NCBI GenBank assembly: GCA_964057225.1
Contig: OZ059894.1
Coordinates: 22,258,001 to 22,322,000, forward strand
Source of the DNA: Auanema rhodensis
Taxonomy: Eukaryota > Animalia > Nematoda
Direction of reading: 5' to 3'
Length of the DNA stretch: 64,000 nt
Part shown: positions 1 through 10,944 of the stretch, piece by piece
How positions within the stretch are numbered: the stretch's first letter is position 1
Layout: every line of letters starts with the position of its first letter
The notes under the pieces: model-generated
The model's database searches: none
Told to the model about the DNA's origin: nothing
Seen by the model: the letters and a program-made list of their open reading frames with translations, nothing else
Position numbers and translations under genes: made by a program

Positions 1-86
1 CATACACTAATGCATCATTTTTCAAACGATCATAACTAATTTTTGTATTAAGCGTTTCTCAATGTAGTATAGTGCATTCGATGCGG

Positions 87-137
87 ATTTTTAAGCTGCG
101 TCGATCTGTGTTATCAGATTTGCGCTAGCTTAAAAAT
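87..137. repeat. Intra-monomer imperfect inverted repeat A, 51 bp (first copy shown; recurs each monomer)
   Basis: ATTTTTAAGCT (87-97) pairs with AGCTTAAAAAT (127-137), GCG (98-100) with CGC (123-125), and ATCTG (104-108) with CAGAT (115-119), around a 6-nt loop TGTTAT. Confidence 0.9.
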
Positions 138-141
138 GCAC

Positions 142-180
142 CGAGATATCAACTGATATAAGTTTACACTTATATCCTCG
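142..180. repeat. Intra-monomer inverted repeat B (first copy shown)
   Basis: GATATAAGT (155-163) pairs with ACTTATATC (168-176) as a perfect 9-bp stem with a 4-nt loop. Outer CGAG (142-145) pairs with CTCG (177-180). Confidence 0.88.
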
Positions 181-250
181 ATTTTCACCCTGAAGAATTG
201 ATTTTTTCGTTGAATAACATTGTCCATCGTCTTTGCCTTGAAAAATGGAA

Positions 251-322
251 TCTAAAAACATCTACTTTTTGCTAAATTATTTTGAAATTTTTCGAAAAAA
301 TTTTTGTCAAAATGTTTTTGGA
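251..322. repeat. Intra-monomer A/T-tract dyad region C, centred on the palindrome TTTTTCGAAAAA (first copy shown)
   Basis: Perfect 12-bp palindrome at 288-299. Flanking pairs ATTTTGA (279-285) / TCAAAAT (307-313) and AAAAACAT (254-261) / ATGTTTTT (312-319). Confidence 0.8.
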
Positions 323-677
323 AGCAATGTTGAGTGTACATGGAAACTCAACACACACTAATGCATCATTTTTCAAACGATCATAACTAATTTGTGTATT
401 AAGCGTTTCTCAATGTAGTATAGTGCATTCGATGCGGATTTTTAAGCTGCGTCGATCTGTGTTATCAGATTTGCGCTAGCTCAAAAATGCACCGAGATAT
501 CAACTGATATAAGTTCACACTTATATCCTCGATTTTCACCCTGAAGAATTAATTTTTTCGTTGAATAACATTGTCCATCGTCTTTGCCTTGGAAAAAGGA
601 ATCTAAAAACATCTACTTTTTGCTGAATTATTCTGAAATTTTTCGAAAAAATTTTTGTCAAAATGTTTTTGGAAGCA

Positions 678-705
678 ATGTTGAGTGTACATGGAAACTC
701 AACAT
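678..705. repeat. Intra-monomer inverted repeat D (mp327-354; monomer 2 shown)
   Basis: ATGTTGAGT (678-686) pairs with ACTCAACAT (697-705): 9-bp stem, 10-nt loop. Confidence 0.88.
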
Positions 706-1524
706 ACACTAATGCATCATTTTTCAAACGATCATAACTAATTTTTGTATTAAGCGTTTCTCAATGTGGTATAGTGCATTCGATGCGGATTTTTAAGCTG
801 CGTCGATCTGTGTTATCCGATTTGCGCTAGCTTAAAAATGCACCGAGATATCAACTGATATAAGTTCACACTTATATCCTCGATTTTCACCCTGAAGAAT
901 TAATTTTTTCGTTGAATAACATTGTCTATCGTCTTTGCCTTGAAAAATGGAATCTAAAAACATCTACTTTTTGCTAAATTATTTTGAAATTTTTCGAAAA
1001 AATTTTTGTCAAAATGTTTTTGGAAGCAATGTTGAGTGTACATGGAAACTCAACATACACTAATGCATCATTTTTCAAACGATCATAACTAATTTTTGTA
1101 TCAAGCGTTTCTTGATGTAGTATAGTGCATTCGATGCGGATTTTTAAGCTGCGTCGATCTGTGTTATCAGATTTGCGCTAGCTTAAAAATGCACCGAGAT
1201 ATCAACTGATATAAGTTCACACTTATATCCTCGATTTTCACCCTGAAGAATTAATTTTTTCGTTGAATAACATTGTCCATCGTCTTTGCCTTAAAAAAAG
1301 GAATCTAAAAACATCTACTTTTTGCTAAATTATTTTGAAATTTTTCGAAAAAATTTTTGTCAAAATGTTTTTGGAAGCAATGTTGAGTGTACATGGAAAC
1401 TCAACATACACTAATGCATCATTTTTCAAACGAACATAACTAATTTTTTTATCAAGCGTTTCTCAATGTAGTATAGTGCATTCGATGCGGATTTTTAAGC
1501 TGCGTCGATCTGTGTTATCAAATT

Positions 1525-4500
1525 TGCGCTAGCTTAAAAATGCACCGAGATATCAACTGATATAAGTTCACACTTATATCCTCGATTTTCACCCTGAAGA
1601 ATTAATTTTTTCGTTGAATAACATTGTCCATCGTCTTTGCCTTAAAAACAGGAATCTAAAAACATCTACTTTTTGCTAAATTATTTTGAAATTTTTCGAA
1701 AAAATTTTTGTCAAAATGTTTTTGGAAGCAATGTTGAGTGTACATGGAAACTCAACATACACTAATGCATCATTTTTCAAACGATCATAACTAATTTTTG
1801 TATCAAGCGTTTCTTGATGTAGTATAGTGCATTCGATGCGGATTTTTAAGCTGCGTCGATCTGTGTTATCAGATTTGCGCTAGCTTAAAAATGCACCGAG
1901 ATATCAACTGATATAAGTTCACACTTATATCCTCGATTTTCACCCTGAAGAATTAATTTTTTCGTTGAATAACATTGTCCATCGTCTTTGCCTTAAAAAA
2001 AGGAATCTAAAAACATCTACTTTTTGCTGAATTATTTTGAAATTTTTCGAAAAAATTTTTGTCAAAATGTTTTTGGAAGCAATGTTGAGTGTACATGGAA
2101 ACTCAACATACACTAATGCATCATTTTTCAAACGATCATAACTAATTTTTGTATCAAACGTTTCTCAATGTAGTATAGTGCATTCGATGCGGATTTTTAA
2201 GCTGCGTCGATCTGTGTTATCAAATTTGCGCTAGCTTAAAAATGCACCGAGATATCAACTGATATAAGTTCACACTTATATCCTCGATTTTCACCCTGAA
2301 GAATTAATTTTTTCGTTGAATAACATTGTCCATCGTCTTTGCCTTAAAAACAGGAATCTAAAAACATCTACTTTTCGCTAAATTATTTTGAAATTTTTCG
2401 AAAAAATTTTTGTCAAAATGTTTTTGGAATCAATGTTGAGTGTACATGGAAACTCAACATACACTAATGCATCATTTTTCAAACGATCATAACTAATTTT
2501 TGTATTAAGCGTTTCTCAATGTAGTATAGTGCATTCGATGCGGATTTTTAAGCTGCGTCGATCTGTGTTATCAGATTTGCGCTAGCTTAAAAATGCACCG
2601 AGATATCAACTGATGTAAGTTCACACTTATATCCTCGATTTTCACCCTGAAGAATTAATTTTTTCGTTGAATAACATTGTCCATCGTCTTTGCCTTGAAA
2701 AAAGGAATCTAAAAACATCTACTTTTTGCTAAATTATTTTGAAATTTTTCGAAAAAATTTTTGTCAAAATGTTTTTGGAAGCAATGTTGAGTGTACATGG
2801 AAACTCAACATACACTAATGCATCATTTTTCAAACGATCATAACTAATTTTTGTATCAAACGTTTCTCAATGTAGTATAGTGCATTCGATGCGGATTTTT
2901 AAGCTGCGTCGATCTGTGTTATCAGATTTGCGCTAGCTTAAAAATGCACCGAGATATCAACTGATATAAGTTCACACTTATATCCTCGATTTTCACCCTG
3001 AAGAATTAATTTTTTCGTTGAATAACATTGTCCATCGTCTTTGCCTTGAAAAAAGGAATCTAAAAACATCTACTTTTTGCTGAATTATTTTGAAATTTTT
3101 CGAAAAAATTTTTGTCAAAATGTTTTTGGAAGCAATGTTGAGTGTACATGGAAACTCAACATACACTAATGCATCATTTTTCAAACGATCATAACTAATT
3201 TTTGTATCAAACGTTTCTCAATGTAGTATAGTGCATTCGATGCGGATTTTTAAGCTGCGTCGATCTGTGTTATCAGATTTGCGCTAGCTTAAAAATGTAC
3301 CGAGATATCAACTGATATAAGTTCACACTTATATCCTCGATTTTCACCCTGAAGAATTAATTTTTTCGTTAAATAACATTGTCCATCGTCTTTGCCTTGA
3401 AAAAAGGAATCTAAAAACATCTACTTTTTGCTGAATTATTTTGAAATTTTTCGAAAAAATTTTTGTCAAAATGTTTTTGGAAGCAATGTTGAGTGTACAT
3501 GGAAACTCAACATACACTAATGCATCATTTTTCAAACGATCATAACTAATTTTTGTATCAAACGTTTCTCAATGTAGTATAGTGCATTCGATGCGGATTT
3601 TTAAGCTGCGTCGATCTGTGTTATCAGATTTGCGCTAGCTTAAAAATGTACCGAGATATCAACTGATATAAGTTCACACTTATATCCTCGATTTTCACCC
3701 TGAAGAATTAATTTTTTCGTTAAATAACATTGTCCATCGTCTTTGCCTTGAAAAAAGGAATCTAAAAACATCTACTTTTTGCTGAATTATTTTGAAATTT
3801 TTCGAAAAAATTTTTGTCAAAATGTTTTTGGAAGCAATGTTGAGTGTACATGGAAACTCAACATACACTAATGCATCATTTTTCAAACGATCATAACTAA
3901 TTTTTGTATTAAGCGTTTCTCAATGTAGTATAGTGCATTCGATGCGGATTTTTAAGCTGCGTCGATCTGTGTTATCAGATTTGCGCTAGCTTAAAAATGC
4001 ACCGAGATATCAACTGATATAAGTTTACACTTATATCCTCGATTTTCACCCTGAAGAATTAATTTTTTCGTTGAATAACATTGTCCATCGTCTTTGCCTT
4101 GAAAAATGGAATCTAAAAACATCTACTTTTTGCTAAATTATTTTGAAATTTTTCGAAAAAATTTTTGTCAAAATGTTTTTGGAAGCAATGTTGAGTGTAC
4201 ATGGAAACTCAACACACACTAATGCATCATTTTTCAAACGATCATAACTAATTTTTGTATTAAGCGTTTCTCAATGTAGTATAGTGCATTCGATGCGGAT
4301 TTTTAAGCTGCGTCGATCTGTGTTATCAGATTTGCGCTAGCTTAAAAATGCACCGAGATATCAACTGATATAAGTTCACACTTATATCCTCGATTTTCAC
4401 CCTGAAGAATTAATTTTTTCGTTGAATAACATTGTCCATCGTCTTTGCCTTGAAAAAAGGAATCTAAAAACATCTACTTTTTGCTGAATTATTTTGAAAT

Positions 4501-7500
4501 TTTTCGAAAAAATTTTTGTCAAAATGTTTTTGGAAGCAATGTTGAGTGTACATGGAAACTCAACATACACTAATGCATCATTTTTCAAACGATCATAACT
4601 AATTTTTGTATCAAACGTTTCTCAATGTAGTATAGTGCATTCGATGCGGATTTTTAAGCTGCGTCGATCTGTGTTATCAGATTTGCGCTAGCTTAAAAAT
4701 GTACCGAGATATCAACTGATATAAGTTCACACTTATATCCTCGATTTTCACCCTGAAGAATTAATTTTTTCGTTAAATAACATTGTCCATCGTCTTTGCC
4801 TTGAAAAAAGGAATCTAAAAACATCTACTTTTTGCTGAATTATTTTGAAATTTTTCGAAAAAATTTTTGTCAAAATGTTTTTGGAAGCAATGTTGAGTGT
4901 ACATGGAAACTCAACATACACTAATGCATCATTTTTCAAACGATCATAACTAATTTTTGTATCAAACGTTTCTCAATGTAGTATAGTGCATTCGATGCGG
5001 ATTTTTAAGCTGCGTCGATCTGTGTTATCAGATTTGCGCTAGCTTAAAAATGTACCGAGATATCAACTGATATAAGTTCACACTTATATCCTCGATTTTC
5101 ACCCTGAAGAATTAATTTTTTCGTTAAATAACATTGTCCATCGTCTTTGCCTTGAAAAAAGGAATCTAAAAACATCTACTTTTTGCTGAATTATTTTGAA
5201 ATTTTTCGAAAAAATTTTTGTCAAAATGTTTTTGGAAGCAATGTTGAGTGTACATGGAAACTCAACATACACTAATGCATCATTTTTCAAACGATCATAA
5301 CTAATTTTTGTATTAAGCGTTTCTCAATGTAGTATAGTGCATTCGATGCGGATTTTTAAGCTGCGTCGATCTGTGTTATCAGATTTGCGCTAGCTTAAAA
5401 ATGCACCGAGATATCAACTGATATAAGTTTACACTTATATCCTCGATTTTCACCCTGAAGAATTAATTTTTTCGTTGAATAACATTGTCCATCGTCTTTG
5501 CCTTGAAAAATGGAATCTAAAAACATCTACTTTTTGCTAAATTATTTTGAAATTTTTCGAAAAAATTTTTGTCAAAATGTTTTTGGAAGCAATGTTGAGT
5601 GTACATGGAAACTCAACACACACTAATGCATCATTTTTCAAACGATCATAACTAATTTGTGTATTAAGCGTTTCTCAATGTAGTATAGTGCATTCGATGC
5701 GGATTTTTAAGCTGCGTCGATCTGTGTTATCAGATTTGCGCTAGCTTAAAAATGTACCGAGATATCAACTGATATAAGTTCACACTTATATCCTCGATTT
5801 TCACCCTGAAGAATTAATTTTTTCGTTAAATAACATTGTCCATCGTCTTTGCCTTGAAAAAAGGAATCTAAAAACATCTACTTTTTGCTGAATTATTTTG
5901 AAATTTTTCGAAAAAATTTTTGTCAAAATGTTTTTGGAAGCAATGTTGAGTGTACATGGAAACTCAACACACACTAATGCATCATTTTTCAAACGATCAT
6001 AACTAATTTGTGTATTAAGCGTTTCTCAATGTAGTATAGTGCATTCGATGCGGATTTTTAAGCTGCGTCGATCTGTGTTATCCGATTTGCGCTAGCTTAA
6101 AAATGCACCGAGATATCAACTGATATAAGTTCACACTTATATCCTCGATTTTCACCCTGAAGAATTAATTTTTTCGTTGAATAACATTGTCCATCGTCTT
6201 TGCCTTAAAAACAGGAATCTAAAAACATCTACTTTTTGCTAAATTATTTTGAAATTTTTCGAAAAAATTTTTGTCAAAATGTTTTTGGAAGCAATGTTGA
6301 GTGTACATGGAAACTCAACATACACTAATGCATCATTTTTCAAACGATCATAACTAATTTTTGTATCAAGCGTTTCTTGATGTAGTATAGTGCATTCGAT
6401 GCGGATTTTTAAGCTGCGTCGATCTGTGTTATCAGATTTGCGCTAGCTTAAAAATGCACCGAGATATCAACTGATATAAGTTCACACTTATATCCTCGAT
6501 TTTCACCCTGAAGAATTAATTTTTTCGTTGAATAACATTGTCCATCGTCTTTGCCTTAAAAAAAGGAATCTAAAAACATCTACTTTTTGCTGAATTATTT
6601 TGAAATTTTTCGAAAAAATTTTTGTCAAAATGTTTTTGGAAGCAATGTTGAGTGTACATGGAAACTCAACATACACTAATGCATCATTTTTCAAACGATC
6701 ATAACTAATTTTTGTATCAAACGTTTCTCAATGTAGTATAGTGCATTCGATGCGGATTTTTAAGCTGCGTCGATCTGTGTTATCAAATTTGCGCTAGCTT
6801 AAAAATGCACCGAGATATCAACTGATATAAGTTCACACTTATATCCTCGATTTTCACCCTGAAGAATTAATTTTTTCGTTGAATAACATTGTCCATCGTC
6901 TTTGCCTTAAAAACAGGAATCTAAAAACATCTACTTTTCGCTAAATTATTTTGAAATTTTTCGAAAAAATTTTTGTCAAAATGTTTTTGGAATCAATGTT
7001 GAGTGTACATGGAAACTCAACATACACTAATGCATCATTTTTCAAACGATCATAACTAATTTTTGTATTAAGCGTTTCTCAATGTAGTATAGTGCATTCG
7101 ATGCGGATTTTTAAGCTGCGTCGATCTGTGTTATCAGATTTGCGCTAGCTTAAAAATGCACCGAGATATCAACTGATGTAAGTTCACACTTATATCCTCG
7201 ATTTTCACCCTGAAGAATTAATTTTTTCGTTGAATAACATTGTCCATCGTCTTTGCCTTGAAAAAAGGAATCTAAAAACATCTACTTTTTGCTAAATTAT
7301 TTTGAAATTTTTCGAAAAAATTTTTGTCAAAATGTTTTTGGAAGCAATGTTGAGTGTACATGGAAACTCAACATACACTAATGCATCATTTTTCAAACGA
7401 TCATAACTAATTTTTGTATCAAACGTTTCTCAATGTAGTATAGTGCATTCGATGCGGATTTTTAAGCTGCGTCGATCTGTGTTATCAGATTTGCGCTAGC

Positions 7501-8815
7501 TTAAAAATGCACCGAGATATCAACTGATATAAGTTCACACTTATATCCTCGATTTTCACCCTGAAGAATTAATTTTTTCGTTGAATAACATTGTCCATCG
7601 TCTTTGCCTTGAAAAAAGGAATCTAAAAACATCTACTTTTTGCTGAATTATTTTGAAATTTTTCGAAAAAATTTTTGTCAAAATGTTTTTGGAAGCAATG
7701 TTGAGTGTACATGGAAACTCAACATACACTAATGCATCATTTTTCAAACGATCATAACTAATTTTTGTATCAAACGTTTCTCAATGTAGTATAGTGCATT
7801 CGATGCGGATTTTTAAGCTGCGTCGATCTGTGTTATCAGATTTGCGCTAGCTTAAAAATGTACCGAGATATCAACTGATATAAGTTCACACTTATATCCT
7901 CGATTTTCACCCTGAAGAATTAATTTTTTCGTTAAATAACATTGTCCATCGTCTTTGCCTTGAAAAAAGGAATCTAAAAACATCTACTTTTTGCTGAATT
8001 ATTTTGAAATTTTTCGAAAAAATTTTTGTCAAAATGTTTTTGGAAGCAATGTTGAGTGTACATGGAAACTCAACATACACTAATGCATCATTTTTCAAAC
8101 GATCATAACTAATTTTTGTATCAAACGTTTCTCAATGTAGTATAGTGCATTCGATGCGGATTTTTAAGCTGCGTCGATCTGTGTTATCAGATTTGCGCTA
8201 GCTTAAAAATGTACCGAGATATCAACTGATATAAGTTCACACTTATATCCTCGATTTTCACCCTGAAGAATTAATTTTTTCGTTAAATAACATTGTCCAT
8301 CGTCTTTGCCTTGAAAAAAGGAATCTAAAAACATCTACTTTTTGCTGAATTATTTTGAAATTTTTCGAAAAAATTTTTGTCAAAATGTTTTTGGAAGCAA
8401 TGTTGAGTGTACATGGAAACTCAACATACACTAATGCATCATTTTTCAAACGATCATAACTAATTTTTGTATTAAGCGTTTCTCAATGTAGTATAGTGCA
8501 TTCGATGCGGATTTTTAAGCTGCGTCGATCTGTGTTATCAGATTTGCGCTAGCTTAAAAATGCACCGAGATATCAACTGATATAAGTTTACACTTATATC
8601 CTCGATTTTCACCCTGAAGAATTAATTTTTTCGTTGAATAACATTGTCCATCGTCTTTGCCTTGAAAAATGGAATCTAAAAACATCTACTTTTTGCTAAA
8701 TTATTTTGAAATTTTTCGAAAAAATTTTTGTCAAAATGTTTTTGGAAGCAATGTTGAGTGTACATGGAAACTCAACACACACTAATGCATCATTTTTCAA
8801 ACGATCATAACTAAT
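1525..8815. repeat. Block of about 8 monomers repeated at a 13-monomer (4563-bp) offset; boundaries approximate
   Basis: Rare variants ctttTCGc, ggaaTcaat and gatGtaag (2615 and 7178) recur 4563 bp apart. ORF pairs 1940/6503, 2993/7556, 3344/7907 and 3695/8258 match. Confidence 0.88.
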
Positions 8816-10944
8816 TTGTGTATTAAGCGTTTCTCAATGTAGTATAGTGCATTCGATGCGGATTTTTAAGCTGCGTCGATCTGTGTTATCAGATTTGCGC
8901 TAGCTCAAAAATGCACCGAGATATCAACTGATATAAGTTCACACTTATATCCTCGATTTTCACCCTGAAGAATTAATTTTTTCGTTGAATAACATTGTCC
9001 ATCGTCTTTGCCTTGGAAAAAGGAATCTAAAAACATCTACTTTTTGCTGAATTATTCTGAAATTTTTCGAAAAAATTTTTGTCAAAATGTTTTTGGAAGC
9101 AATGTTGAGTGTACATGGAAACTCAACACACACTAATGCATCATTTTTCAAACGATCATAACTAATTTGTGTATTAAGCGTTTCTCAATGTAGTATAGTG
9201 CATTCGATGCGGATTTTTAAGCTGCGTCGATCTGTGTTATCAGATTTGCGCTAGCTTAAAAATGTACCGAGATATCAACTGATATAAGTTCACACTTATA
9301 TCCTCGATTTTCACCCTGAAGAATTAATTTTTTCGTTAAATAACATTGTCCATCGTCTTTGCCTTGAAAAAAGGAATCTAAAAACATCTACTTTTTGCTG
9401 AATTATTTTGAAATTTTTCGAAAAAATTTTTGTCAAAATGTTTTTGGAAGCAATGTTGAGTGTACATGGAAACTCAACATACACTAATGCATCATTTTTC
9501 AAACGATCATAACTAATTTTTGTATCAAACGTTTCTCAATGTAGTATAGTGCATTCGATGCGGATTTTTAAGCTGCGTCGATCTGTGTTATCAGATTTGC
9601 GCTAGCTTAAAAATGTACCGAGATATCAACTGATATAAGTTCACACTTATATCCTCGATTTTCACCCTGAAGAATTAATTTTTTCGTTAAATAACATTGT
9701 CCATCGTCTTTGCCTTGAAAAAAGGAATCTAAAAACATCTACTTTTTGCTGAATTATTTTGAAATTTTTCGAAAAAATTTTTGTCAAAATGTTTTTGGAA
9801 GCAATGTTGAGTGTACATGGAAACTCAACATACACTAATGCATCATTTTTCAAACGATCATAACTAATTTTTGTATTAAGCGTTTCTCAATGTAGTATAG
9901 TGCATTCGATGCGGATTTTTAAGCTGCGTCGATCTGTGTTATCAGATTTGCGCTAGCTTAAAAATGCACCGAGATATCAACTGATATAAGTTTACACTTA
10001 TATCCTCGATTTTCACCCTGAAGAATTAATTTTTTCGTTGAATAACATTGTCCATCGTCTTTGCCTTGAAAAATGGAATCTAAAAACATCTACTTTTTGC
10101 TAAATTATTTTGAAATTTTTCGAAAAAATTTTTGTCAAAATGTTTTTGGAAGCAATGTTGAGTGTACATGGAAACTCAACACACACTAATGCATCATTTT
10201 TCAAACGATCATAACTAATTTGTGTATTAAGCGTTTCTCAATGTAGTATAGTGCATTCGATGCGGATTTTTAAGCTGCGTCGATCTGTGTTATCAGATTT
10301 GCGCTAGCTCAAAAATGCACCGAGATATCAACTGATATAAGTTCACACTTATATCCTCGATTTTCACCCTGAAGAATTAATTTTTTCGTTGAATAACATT
10401 GTCCATCGTCTTTGCCTTGGAAAAAGGAATCTAAAAACATCTACTTTTTGCTGAATTATTCTGAAATTTTTCGAAAAAATTTTTGTCAAAATGTTTTTGG
10501 AAGCAATGTTGAGTGTACATGGAAACTCAACATACACTAATGCATCATTTTTCAAACGATCATAACTAATTTTTGTATTAAGCGTTTCTCAATGTAGTAT
10601 AGTGCATTCGATGCGGATTTTTAAGCTGCGTCGATCTGTGTTATCCGATTTGCGCTAGCTTAAAAATGCACCGAGATATCAACTGATATACGTTCACACT
10701 TATATCCTCGATTTTCACCCTGAAGAATTAATTTTTTCGTTGAATAACATTGTCTATCGTCTTTGCCTTGAAAAATGGAATCTAAAAACATCTACTTTTT
10801 GCTAAATTATTTTGAAATTTTTCGAAAAAATTTTTGTCAAAATGTTTTTGGAAGCAATGTTGAGTGTACATGGAAACTCAACATACACTAATGCATCATT
10901 TTTCAAACGATCATAACTAATTTTTGTATCAAGCGTTTCTCAAT

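Noticed and set aside
87-180. Rho-independent terminators
   Set aside because: The stems are AT-rich, there is no upstream gene, and the context is eukaryote-like satellite DNA.
205-221. CENP-B box-like TTCGTTG
   Set aside because: It lacks the essential downstream CGGG of the TTCGnnnnAnnCGGG motif.
190-245. Hammerhead ribozyme (CTGAAGA matches CUGANGA), as in some transcribed satellites of similar size
   Set aside because: I could not build stem II closing onto a GAAA, nor stems I and III. An Infernal/Rfam search would be decisive.
1-351. Tandem 5S rRNA, tRNA, snRNA or spliced-leader RNA gene unit
   Set aside because: No recognisable 5S, cloverleaf, Pol III A/B box or known leader sequence was seen. 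Not formally excluded without a covariance-model search.
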